From: Centroscyllium fabricii
Taxonomy: Eukaryota
Assembly: GCA_051313645.2 (NCBI GenBank)
Contig: JBNRSN020000089.1
Location: 3,100,001-3,164,000, forward strand
Length of the DNA stretch: 64,000 nt
Direction: 5' to 3'
A model generated the notes under the pieces. That model saw only the letters and a program-made list of their open reading frames with translations. It did not search any database and had not been told where the DNA came from. A program made the position numbers and the translations under genes. Below, piece after piece: positions 26,901 to 39,873 of this stretch. Numbering within the stretch: the stretch's first letter is position 1; the number at the start of each line of letters is the position of its first letter.

Positions 26901-29900
26901 CTGTCTCTAGACTGGGATGTCCCTACCCCTTCCCTTGCTGTCCGGAGACTGGGATGTTCCTACCTGATCTCTTGCTGTCCAGAGACTGGGATGTTCCTAC
27001 CTCTACCCTTGCTGTCTGGAGACTGGGATGTTCCTACCCCATCCCTTGCTGTCTGGAGACTGGGATGTCCCTACCCCATCCCTTGCTGTCTGGAGACTGG
27101 AATGTTCCTACCCCATCTCTTGCTGTCCGGCGACTGAGATGTCCCTACTCCTTCACTTGCTGTCTCTAGACTAGGATGTTCCTACCCCATCCCTTGCTGT
27201 CTGGAGACTGGGATGTCCCTAACCCATCCCTTGCTGTCTCTAGACTGGGATGTTCCTACCCCTTCCCTTGCTGTCTGGAGACTGGCATGTTCCTAACTCT
27301 TCCCTTGCTGTCTGGAGACTGGGATGTTCCTAACCCATCCCTTGCTGTCTGGAGACTGGGATGTCCCTACCCCTTCCCATGCTGTCCAGAGACTGGCATG
27401 TTCCTACCTCTTCCCTTGCTGTCTGGAGACTGGGATGTGCCTACCCCATCCCTTGCTGTCTCTAGGCTGGGTCGTCCCTACATTTTCCCTTGCTGTCCGG
27501 AGACTGGGATGTCCCTACCCCATCCCCTGCTGTCTCTAGACTGGGATGTCACTACCTCTTCCCTTGCTGTCTGGAGACTGGAATGTCCCTACCCTTCCCT
27601 TTCTGTCTGGGGACTGGGATGTTCCTACCCCACCCTTGCTGTTAAGAGACTGGGATGTTCCTACCCCTTCCCTTGCTGTCTGGAGACTTTGAGATCCCTA
27701 CCTCTTCCCTTGCTGTCTGGAACTGGGATGTTCCTACCTCTAAAATTGCTCTCTCTAGACTGGGATGTTCCTACCCCTTCCCTTGCTGTCTGGAGACTGG
27801 GATGTCCCTACCCCATCCCTTGCTGTCTCTAGACTGGGATGTTCCTACCCCTTCCCTTGCTGTCTGGAGACTGGGATATTCCTACCCCATCCCTTGCTGT
27901 CCAGAGACTGGGATGTTACTACCCCTTCCCTTGCTGTCTCTAGACTGAGGTGTTCCTACCCCTTCCCTTGCTGTCTGGAGACTTGGATGTCCCTACCCCA
28001 TCCCTTGCTGTCCAGAGACTGGGATGTTCCTAACCCATCCCTTGCTGTCCGGAGACTTGGATGTCTCTATCCCATCCCTTGCTGTCTATAGACTGGAATG
28101 TTACTACCCCTTCCCTTGCTGTCTGGAGACTGGGATGTCCCTACCCCATCATTTCCCGTCTGGAGACTGGGATGTTCCTACCCCATCCCTTGCTGTCTGT
28201 TTACTGGGATGTCCCTACCCCTTCCCTTGCTGTCCAGAGTCTGGAATGTTCCTACCTCTTCCCTTGCTGTCTGGAGACAGGGATGTTCCTAACCCATCCC
28301 TTGCAGTCCGGAGACTGGGATGTCCCTAACCCTTCCCTTGCTGTCCGGAGACTGTGATGTTCCTACCGCATCTCTTGCTGTCTCTAGACTGGGATGTTCC
28401 TGCCCCTTCCCTTGCTGTCTGGAGACTGGGATGTACCTACCTCTTCCCTTGCTGTCCGGCGACTGAGATGTCCCTACTCCTTCACTTGCTGTCTCTAGAC
28501 TAGGATGTTCCTACCCCATCCCTTGCAGTCTGGAGACTGGGATGTCCCTAACCCATCCCTTGCTCTCTCTAGACTGGGATGTTCCTACCCCTTCCCTTGC
28601 TGTCTGGAGACTGGCATGTTCCTAACTCTTCCCTTGCTGTCTGGAGACTGGGATGTTCCTAACCCATCCCTTGCTGTCTGGAGACTGGGATGTCCCTACC
28701 CCTTCCCTTGCTGTCCAGAGTCTGGCATGTTCATACCTCTTCCCTTGCTGTCTGGAGACTGGGATGTGCCTACCCCATCCCTTGCTGTCTCTAGACTGGG
28801 TCGTCCCTACATTTTCCCTTGCTGTCCGGAGACTGGGATGTCCCTACCCCATCCTTTGCTGTCTCTAGACTGGGATGTCACTACCTCTTCCCTTGCTGTC
28901 TGGAGACTGGAATGTCCCTACCCTTCCCTTTCTGTCTGGGGACTGGGATGTTCCTACCCCACCCTTGCTGTTAAGAGACTGGGATGTTCCTAACCCTTCC
29001 CTTGATGTCTGGAGACTTTGAGATCCCTACCTCTTCCCTTGCTGTCTGGAACTGGGATGTTCCTACCTCTAAAATTGCTCTCTCTAGACTGGGATGTTCC
29101 TACCCCTTCACTTGCTGTCTGGAGACTGGTATGTCCCTACCCCATCCCTTGCTGTCTCTAGACTGGGATGTTCCTACCCCTTCCCTTGCTGTCTGGAGAC
29201 TGGGATATTCCTACCCCATCCCTTGCTGTCCAGAGACTGGGATTTTACTACCCCTTCCCTTGCTGTCTCTAGACTGAGATGTTCCTACCCCTTCCCTTGC
29301 TGTCTGGAGACTTGGATGTCCCTACCCCATCCCTTGCTCTCCAGAGACTGGGATGTTCCTAACCCATCCCTTGCTGTCCGGAGACTGGGATGTCTCTATC
29401 CCAACCCTTGCTGTCTATAGACTGGAATGTTCCTACCCCTTCCCTTGCTGTCTGGAGACTGGGATGTCCCTACCTCATCATTTCCAGTTTGGAGACTGGG
29501 ATGTTCCTACCCCATCCCTTGCTGTCTGGTTACTGGGATGTCCCTACACCTTCCCTTGCTGTCCAGAGTCTGGAATGTTACTACCTCTTCCCTTGCTGTC
29601 TGGAGACAGGGATGTTCCTAACCCATCCCTTGCAGTCCGGAGACTGGGATGTCCCTAACCCTTCCCTTGCTGTCCGGAGACTGTGATGTTCCTACCGCAT
29701 CTCTTGCTGTCTCTAGACTGGGATGTTCCTGCCCCTTCCCTTGCTGCCTGGAGACTGGGATGTCCCTACCACTTCCCTTGCTGTCTCTAGACTGGGATGT
29801 CCCTACCCCATCCCTTGCTCTCTCCAGACTGGGATGTTCCTACCCCTTCCCTTGCTGTCTCTAGTCTGGGATGTTCCTACCCTTTCCATTGCTGTCTCTA

Positions 29901-31660
29901 GACTGGGATGTTCCCACCCATTCCCTTGCTGTCTGGTGACTGGGATGTTCCTATCCCATCTCTTGCTGTCTCTAGACTGGGAAGTCCCTACCTCTTCCCT
30001 TGCTGTCCGGAGACTGGGATGTCCCTACCCCATCCCTTGCTGTCTCTAGACTGGGATGTCACTACCTCTTCCCTTGTTGTCTGGAGACTGGAATGTCCCT
30101 ACCCTTCCCTTTCTGTCTGTGGACTGGGATGTTCCTACCCCATCCCTTGCTGTCCAGATACTGGGATGTTCCTACCCCTTCCCTTGCTCTCTGGCGACTG
30201 GGATGTCCCACCTCTTCCCTTGCTGTCTGGTAGAGGGATGTTCCTACCTCTTCCCTTGCTCTCTCTAGACTGGGATGTTCCTACCCCATCCCTTGCTGTC
30301 CGGAGACTTGGATGTCCCTACCCCATCCCATGCTGTCTGGAGACTGGGAAGTTCCTACCCCATCCCTTGCTGTCTCTAGACTGGGATGTCCCTACCCCTT
30401 CCCTTGCTGTCCGGAGGCTGGGATGTTCTTACCTCATCTCTTGCTGTCCTGTGACTGGGATGTTCCTACCCCTACACTTGCTCTCTGGAGACTGGGATGT
30501 TCCTACCCCATCCCTTGCTGTCTGGAGACTGGGATGTTCCTACCCCATCCCTTGCTGTCTTGAGACTGGGATGCCCCTACCCCATCACTTGCTGTCTGGA
30601 GACTGGAATGTTCCTACCCAATCCCTTGCTGTCCGGCGACTGGGTTGTCCCTACCACTTCACTTGCTGTATCTAGACTAGTATGTTCCTACCCCATCCCT
30701 TGCTGTCTGGAGACTGGGATATTCCTACACCATCCCTTGCTGTCTCTAGACTGTGTTGTCCCTACACCATCCCTTGCTGTCCGGAGACTGGGATGTCCCT
30801 ACCCCTTCCCTTGCTGTCTGGAGACTGGGATGTTCCTAACCCATCCCTTGCTGTCTGGAGACTGGAATGTCCCTACCACTTCCTTTGCTGTCCAGAGACT
30901 GGCATGTTCCTACCTCTTCCCTTGCTGTCTGGAGACTGGGTTGTTCCTACGCCATCCCTTGCTGTCTCTAGTCTGGGAAGTCCCTACCTTTTCCCTTGCT
31001 GTCCGGAGACTGGGATGTCCCTACCCCATCCCTTGCTGTCTCTAGACTGGGATGTCACTACCTCTTCCCTTGCTGTCTGGAGACTGGAATGTCCCTACCC
31101 TTCCCTTTCTGTCTGGGGACTGGGATGTTCCTACCCCACCCTTGCTGTTAAGAGACTGGGATGTTCCTACCCCTTCCCTTGCTGTCTGGAGACTGGGTGG
31201 TCCCTACCTCTTCCCTTTCTGTCTGGTACTGGGATGTTCCTACCTCTTCCCTTGCACTCTCTAGACTGGGATGTTCCTACCTCATCCCTTGCTGTCCGGA
31301 GACTTGGATGTCCCTACCCCATCCCTTGTTGGCTGGAGACTGGGAAGTTCCAACCCCATCCCTTGCTGTCTCTAGACTGGGATGTCCCTACCCCTTCCCT
31401 TGCTGTCCGGAGACTGGGATGTTCCTACCTCATCTCTTGCTGTCCAGAGACTGGGATGTTCCTACCTCTACCCTTGCTGTCTGGAGACTGGGATGTTCCT
31501 ACCCCATCCTTTGCTGTCTGGAGACTGGGATGTCCCAACCCCATCCCTTGCTGTCTGGAGACTGGAATGTTCCTACCCCATCTCTTGCTGTCCGTCGACT
31601 GAGATGTCCCTTCTCCTTCACTTGCTGTCTCTAGACTAGGATGTTCCTACCCCATCCCTT
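23990..31660 (+). repeat. Tandem ~3135-bp unit x2, the second copy carrying an internal 1329-bp tandem duplication (~27125-28454 / 28455-29780)
   Basis: Marker TCCG(G/T)CGACTGAGATG at 23991, 27126, 28455 and 31591 (spacings 3135, 1329, 3136). TAAAATTG at 24606, 27741 and 29070. ORFs 26217/30682 are offset 4465. Confidence 0.85.
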
Positions 31661-32929
31661 GCTGTCTGGAGACTGGGATGTTCCTACCCCATCCATTGCT
31701 GTCTCTAGACTGGGTTGTCCCTACCCCATCCCTTGCTGTCCGGAGACTTGGATGTCCCTAAACCTTCCCTTGCTCTCTGGAGACTGGGATGTTCCTAACC
31801 CATCCCTTGCTGTCTGGAGACTGGGATGTCCCTACCCATTCCCTTGCTGTACAGAGACTGGCATGTTCCTACCTCTTCCCTTGCTGTCTGGAGTCTGGGA
31901 TGATCCTAACCCATCCCTTGCTGTCCGGAGACTGGGATATCCCTACCACTTCCCTTGCTGTCTGGAGACTGGGATGTTCCTACCCCATCTCTTGATGTGT
32001 CTAGAGTGCGATGTTCCTAACCCTTCCCTTGCTGTCTGGAAACTGGAATTTCCCTACCTCTTCCCTTGCTGTCTCTACACTGGGATGTCCCTACCCCATC
32101 CGTTGCTGTCTCTAGACAGGGATGTTCCTACCCCTTCAATTCCTGTCTCTAGACTGGGATGTTCATACCCCTTCACTTGCTGTCACTTGACTGGGATGTC
32201 CTAGCCCATCCCTTGCTGTTTCTCGACTGGGATGTTCCTACCCCTTCCCTTGCTGTCTGGAGACTGGGATGTTCCTACACCATCTCTTGCTGTCTCTAGA
32301 CTGGGAAGTCCTTACCTCTTCACTTGGTGTCCGGAGGGTGAGATGTCCCTACCCCATCCCTTGATGTCTCTAGACTGGGATGTCCCTACCTTTTCCCTTG
32401 CTGTCTGGAGACTAGAATGTCCCTACCTCTTCCCTTTCTGTCTGGAGGCTGGGATGTTCCTACCGCATACCTTGCTGTCCAGAGACTGGGGATGTTCCAA
32501 CCTCTTCCCTTGCTGTCTGGAGACAGGGATGTCCCTACCTCTTCCCTTGTCTGGAGACTGGGATGTTCCTACCTCTTCCCTTGCTGTCTCTAGACTGGGA
32601 TGTTCCTACCCGATCAATTGCTGTCCGGAGACTGGGATGTCCCTACCCCATCCCTTGCTGTCTGGAGACTGGGATGTTCCTACCCGATCCCTTGCTGTCT
32701 CTAGACTGGGATGTCCCTACCCCTTCACTTGCTGTCCGGAGACTGGGATGTTCCTACCCCATCCCTTGCTCTCCGGAGACTGGGCATTTCCTACCTCTAC
32801 CCTTGCTGTCTGGAGACTGGGATGTTCCTGTCTCTTCCCTTGCTGTCTGGAGAATGGGATGTCCCTACCCCATCCCTTGCTGTCTCTGGACTCCGATGTT
32901 CCTACACCTTCCCTTGCTGTCTGGAGACT

Positions 32930-35900
32930 GGGATGTTCCTACCCCATAACTTGTGGTCTGGAGACTGGGATGTCCCTTCCCCATCCCTTGGTGTCCAGAG
33001 ACTGGGATGTTCCTACCACTTCGCTTGATGTCTGGAGACTGGTATGACCCTACCTCTTCCCTTGCTGTCTGGAGACTGGGATGTACCTACACCATCCCTT
33101 GCTGTCCGGAGACTGGGATGTCCCTACCCCTTCCCTTGCTGTCCAGAGACTGGCATGTTCCTACCTCTTCCCTTGCTGTCTGTAGACTTGGATGTTCCCA
33201 TCCCTTCCCTTGCTGTCTGGAGACTGGGATGTCCGTACCCCATCCCTTGCTGTCTCTAGACTGGTATGTTCCTACCCCTTCCCTTGCTGTCTGGAGACTG
33301 GGATATCACTACCCCATCCCTTGCTGTCCAGAGACTGGGATGTTTCTACCCCTTCCCCTGCTGTCTCTAGACTGAGATGTTCCTACCGCTTTCTTTGCTG
33401 TCTGGAGACTTTGATGTCCCTAACCCATCCCTTGCTGTCCAGAGACTGGGATGTTCCTAACCCATCACTTGCTGCCCGGAGACTGGGATGTCCCTATCCC
33501 ATCCCTTGCTGTCTATAGTCTGGAATGTACCTACCCCTTCCCGTGCTGTCTGGAGACTGGGATGTCCCAACCCCATCCCTTCCCGTCTGGAGACTGGGAT
33601 GTTCCAATCCCATTCCTTGCTGTCTGGAGACTGGGATGTCCCTACCCCTTCCCTTGCTGTCCAGAGTCTCGAATGTTCCTAACTCTTCCCTTGCTGTCTG
33701 GAGACTGGGATGTAACTAAACCAATCCATTGCTGTCCGGAGACTGGGATGTCCCTAACCCTTCCCTTGCTGTCTGGAGACTGGGATGTTCCTACCGCATC
33801 TCTTGCTCTCTCTAGACTGGGATGTTCCTGCCCCTTCCCTTGCTGTCTGGAGACTGGGATGTCCCTACCTCTTCCCTTGCTGTCTCTAGGCTGGGATGTC
33901 CCTACCCCATCCCTTGCTGTCTCCAGACTGGGATGTTCCTAACCCTTCCCATGCTGTCTCTAGACTGGGATGTTCCTACCCTTTCCCTTGCTTTCTCTAG
34001 ACTGGGATACTCTACCCCATCCCTTGCTGTCTCTAGACTGGGATGTTCCTACCCCTCCCCTTGCTGTCCGGTGACTGGGATGTTCCTACCCCATCTCTTG
34101 CTGTCTCAAGACTGGGAAGACCCTACCTCTTCCCTTGCTGTCCGGAGACTGGGATGTCCCTAACCCATCCCTTGCTGTCTCTAGACTGGGATGGCACAAC
34201 CTCTTCCCTTGCTGTCTGGAGACTTGAATGTCCCTACCCTTCCCTTGCTGTCCAGAGACTGGGATGTTCCTAACCCTTCCCGTGCTGTCTGGAGACTGGG
34301 ATGTCCCTACCTCTTCCCTTGCTGTCTCTAGACTGGGATGTTCCTACCCCATCCCTTGCTGTCCGGAGACTGGGAACTCCCTACCCCATCCCTTGCTGTC
34401 TGGAGACTGGGAAGTTCCAAACCCATCCCTTGCTGTCTCTAGACTGGGATGTCCCTACCCCTACACTTGCGGTCCGGACACTGGGATGTTCCAACCCCAT
34501 CCCTTGCTGTCCAGAGACTGGGATATTCCTACCTCTACCCTTGCTGTCTGGAGACTGTGATGTTCCAATCACTTCCCTTGCTGTCTGGAGACTGGGATGT
34601 CCCTACCACATCCCTTGCTCTCTGTAGACTGGGATGTTCCTACCCCTTCCCTTGCTGTCTGGAGACTGGGATGTTCATACCCCATAACTTGCTGTCTGGA
34701 GACTGGGATGTCCCTTCCCCATCACTTGCTGTCCAGAGACTGGGATGTTCCTACCCCTTCGCTTGCTGTCTGGAGACTGGGATGACCCTACCTCTTCCCT
34801 TGCTGTCTGGAGACTGGGATGTACCTACCCCATCCCTTGCTGTCCGGAGACTGGGATGTCCCTACCCCTTCCCTTGCTGTCCAGAGACTGGCATGTTCCT
34901 ACCTCTTCCCTTGCTGTCTGTAGACTTGGATGTTCCTACCCCTTCCCTTGCTGTCTGGAGACTGGGATGTCCGTACCCCATCCCTTGCTGTCTCTAGACT
35001 GGGATGTTCCTACCCCTTCCATTGCTGTCTGGAGTCTGGGATATCACTACCCCATCCCTTGCTGTCCAGAGACTGGGATGTTTATACCCCTTCCCTTGCT
35101 GTCTCTAGACTGAGATGTTCCTACCGCTTTCCTTGCTCTCTGGAGACTTTGATGTCCCTACCCCATCCCTTGCTGTCCAGAGACTGGGATGTTCCTAACC
35201 CATCACTTGCTGCCCGGAGACTGGGATGTCCCTATCCCATCCCTTGCTGTCTATAGACTGGAATGTACCTACCCCTTCCCGTGCTGTCTGGAGACTGGGA
35301 TGTCCCTACCCCATCCCTTCCCGTCTGGAGACTGGGATGTTCCTATCCCATTCCTTGCTGTCTGGAGGCTGGGATGTCCCTACCCCTTCCCTTGCTGTCC
35401 AGAGTCTGGAATGTTCCTACCTCTTCCCTTGCTGTCTGGAGACTGGGATGTAACTAAACCAATCCCTTGCTGTCCGGAGACTGGGATGTCCCTAACCATT
35501 CCCTTGCTGTCTGGAGACTGGGATGTTCCTACCGCATCTCTTGCTGTCTCTAGACTGGGATGTTCCTACCCCTTCCCTTGCTGTCTGGAGACTGGGATGT
35601 CCCTACCTCTTCCCTTGCTGTCTCTAGACTGGGATATCCCTACCCCATCCCTTGCTGTCTCCAGACTGGGATGTTCCTAACCCTTCCCATGCTGTCTCTA
35701 GACTGGGATGTTCCTAACCTTTCCCTTGCTGTCTCTAGACTGGGATACTCTACCCCATCCCTTGCTCTCTCTAGCCTGGGATGTTCCTACCCCTCCCATT
35801 GCTGTCCGGTGACTGAGATGTTCTTACCCCATCTCTTGCTGTCTCAAGACTGGGAAGACCCTACCTCTTCCTTTGCTGTCCGGAGACTGGGATGTCCCTA

Positions 35901-36060
35901 ACCCATCCCTTGCTGTCTCTAGACTGGGATGGCACAACCTCTTCCCTTGCTGTCTGGAGACTTGAATGTCCCTACCCTTCCCTTGCTGTCCAGAGACTGG
36001 GATGTTCCTACCCCTTCCCTTGCTGTCTGGAGACTGGGATGTCCCTACCTCTTCCCTTGC
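32930..36060 (+). repeat. Tandem ~1738-bp (47-monomer) duplication, moderately diverged
   Basis: TGTAACTAAACCAAT at 33711 and 35449. ORFs 33192/34930, 33451/35189 and 33822/35560 are offset 1738. Confidence 0.82.
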
Positions 36061-39000
36061 TGTCTTGTACTGGGATGATCCTACCTCTTCCCTTGCTGTC
36101 TCTAGACTGGGATATTCCTACCCCATCCCTTGCTGTCCGGAGACTTGGATGTCCCTACCCCATCCCTTGCTGGATGGAGACTGTGATGTTCCTACCCCAT
36201 CCCTTGCTGTCTCTAGACTGGGATGTCCCTAAACCTTCCCTTGCTGTCCGGAGACTGGGATGTTCCAACCCCATCCCTTGCTGTCCAGAGACTGGGATGA
36301 TTCTACCTCCACCCTTGCTGTCTGGAGACTGGGATGTTCCTATCTCTTCCCGTGCTGTCTGGAGACTGGGATGTCCCTACCCCATCCCTTTCTGTCTCTA
36401 GGCTGGGATGTTCCTACCCATTCCCTTGCTGTCTGGAGACTGGGATGTTCCTACCCCATCCTTTGCTGCCTGGAGACTGGGATGTCCCAATCCCATCCCT
36501 TGCTGTCCAGAGACTGGGATGTTCCTACCCCTTCGATTGCAGTCTGGAGACCGGGATGTCCCTACCTCTTCCCTTGCTGTCTGGAGTCTGGGATGTTCCT
36601 ACCCCATCCCTTGCTGTCCGGAGACTGGGATGTCCCTACCCGTTCCCTTGCTGTCTGGATACTGGGATGTTCCTACCTCTTCCCTTGCTGTCTGTAGACT
36701 GGGATGATCCTACCCCTTCACTTGCTGTCTGGAGACTGGGATGTCCCTACCCCATCCCTTGCTGTCTCTAGACTGGGATGTTCCTACCACTTCCCTTGCT
36801 GTCTAGTGACTGGAATATTCCTACCCCATCCCTTGCTGTCCAGAGTCAGGGATGTTACAACCACTTCCCATGCTGTCTCTAGACTGGGATATTCCTACCC
36901 CATCCGTTGCTGTCTGGAGACTTGGATGTCCCTACCCCATCCCTTGCTCTCCGCAGACTGGGATGTTCCTACCCCATCAGTTGCTCTCCGGAGACTGGGA
37001 TGTCCCTACCCTATCCCTTGCTGTCTCTAGTCTGGAATGTTCCTACCCCTTCCCTTGCTGTCTGGAGACTGGGATGTCCCTACACAATCCCTTCCCGTCT
37101 GGAGACTGGGATGTTCCTACCCCATCATTTGCTGTCCGGAGACTGAGATGTCCCTACCCCTTCCCTTGCTTTCCAGAGACTGGAATGTTCCCACCTCTTC
37201 CCTTGCAGCCTGGAGACTGGGATGTTCCTAGCCCATCTCTTGCTGTCCGGAGACTGGGATGTCCCTACCGCTTCCCTTACTATCTGGAGACTGGGATGTT
37301 CCTACCCCATCCCTTGCTTTCCAGAGACTGGGATGTTCATAACCCATCCCTTGCTGTGTGGAGACTGGGAGGTGCCTACCCTATCCCTTGCAGTCTCTAG
37401 ACTGGGATGTCCCTACCCCTTCCCTTGCTGTCTGGAGATTGGGATATCCCTACTACATCCCTTGCTGTCTCTAGACTGGGATGTTCCTACCACTTCCCTT
37501 GCTTTCTGGAGACTGGGATATCCCTGCCCAATCCCTTGCTGCCCAGAGACTGGGATGTTACTACCCCTTCCCTTGCTGTCTCTAAACTGAGATGTTCCTA
37601 CCCCTTTTCTTGCTGTCTGGAGACTGGGATGTCCCTAACCCATCCCTTGCTGTCCAGAGACTGGGATGTTCGTACCCCATCACTTGCTGTCCGGAGACTG
37701 TGATGTCCCCTCCCCTTCCCTGGCTGTCTCTAGACTGGAATGTTCCTACCCCTTCCCTTGCTCTCTGGAGTCTGGGATGTCCCTACCCCATCCCTTCCCG
37801 TCTGGAGACTGGGATGTTCCTACCCCAACACTTGCATTATGGAGACTGGGATGTCCCTACCCTTTCACCTGCTGTCCAGAGACAGGAATGTTCCCAACTC
37901 TTCCCTTGCTGTCTGGAGACTGGGATGTTCCTACCCCATTCCTTGCTGTCCGGAGACTGGCATGTCCCTTCCCCTTTCCTTGCTGTCTGGAGACTATGAT
38001 GTTCCTACCCCATCTCTAACTGTCTTTAGACTGGGATGTTCCTACCCCTTCCCTTGCTCTCTGGAGACTGGAATGTCCCTACCACATCCCTTGCTGTCTC
38101 TAGACTGGGATGTCCCTACCTCATCCCTTGCTGTCTCTAAACTGGGATGTTCCTACCCCTTCCCTTGTTGTCTATAGACTGGGATGTTCCTACCCCTTCC
38201 CTTGCTGTCTCTAGACTGGGATGTCCCTACCCCATCCCTTGCTGTCTCTAGACTGGGATGTTCCTACCCCTTCCCTTGCTATCTGGAGACTGGGATGTTT
38301 CTACCCCATCTCTTGCTCTCCCTAGACTGGGAAGTCCCTACCTCTTCCCTTGCTGTCCGGAGACTGGGATGTCCCTACCCCATCCATAGCTGTCTCTAGA
38401 CTGGGATGTCACTACCTCTTCCCTTGCTGTCTGGAGACTGGAATGTCCCTACCCCTTCCCTTTCTGTCTGGAGACTGGGATGTTCCTAACCCATCCCTTG
38501 CTGTACAGAGACTGTGATGTTCCTACCCCTTCCCTTGCTGTCTGGAGACTGGGAAGTCCCTAACTCTTCCCTTGCTGTCTGGAGACTGGAATGTTCCTAC
38601 CTCTTCCCTTGCTGTCTCTAGACTGGGATGTTCCTACCCCATCCCTTGCTGTCCGGAGACTGGGATCGCCCTACCCCATCCCTTGCTATCTGGAGACTGG
38701 GAAGTTGCTAACCCATCCCTTGCTGTCTCTAGACTGGGATGTCCCTACCCCTACCCTTGCGGTCCGGACACTGGGATGTTACAACCCCTTCCCTTGCTGT
38801 CCAGAGACTGGGATGTTCCTACCTCTACCCTTGCTGTCTGGAGACTGGGATGTTCCAATCACTTCCCTTGCTGTCTGGAGACTTGGATGTCCCTACCACA
38901 TCCCTTGCTCTCTGTAGACTGGGATGTTCCTACCCCTTCCCTTGCTGTCTGGAGACTGTGATGTTCTTACCCCATCCCTTGCTGTCTGGAGACTGGGATG

Positions 39001-39873
39001 TCACTTTCCCATCCCTTGCTGTCCAGAGACTGGGATGTTCCCACCCCTTCGCTTTCTGTCTGGAGACTGGGATATGCCTAACTCTTCCCTTGCTGTCTGG
39101 AGACTGGGATGTTCCTACCCCATCCCTTGCTGTCGGGAGACTGGAATTTCCCTACCCCTTCCCTTGCTGTCTGGAGACTGGTATGTTCCTACCTCTTCCC
39201 TTGCTGTCTGTAGACTGGGAATATCCTTCCCCTTACCTTGCTGTCTGTAGACAGGGATGTCCCTACCCCATCCCTTGCTGTCTCTAGACTGGGATGTCCC
39301 TACCCTCTCCCTTGCTGTCTGGAGTCTGGGATGTCCCTACCCCATCCCTTGCTGTCCGGAGACTGGGATGTTCCTACTACATCACTTGCTGTCCGGAGAC
39401 TGGGATGACCCTACCCCATCCCTTGCTGTCTCTAGACTGGAATGTTCCTACCCCTTCCCTTGCTGTCTGGAGACTGGGATGTCCCTACCCCATCCCTTCC
39501 CGTCTGGAGACTGGGATGTTCCTACCCCATCAGTTGCTGTGCGGAGACTGAGATGTCCCTACCCCTTCCCTTGCTGTCCAGATACAGGACTGTTCCCACC
39601 TCTTCCATTGCTGTCTGGAGACTGGGATGTTCCTACCCCATCCCTTGCTGTCCGGAGACTGGGATGTCCCTACCGCTTCCCTTGCTATCTGGAGACTGGT
39701 ATGTTCCTACCCCATCCCTTGATTTCCAGAGACTGGGATGTTCCTAACACATCCCTTGCTGTCTGGAGACTGGGATGCCCCTACCCCATCCCTTGCAGTC
39801 TCTAGACTGGGATGTCCCGACCCATTCCCTTGCTTTCTGGAGATTGGGAAGTTCCTAACACATCACATGCTGT

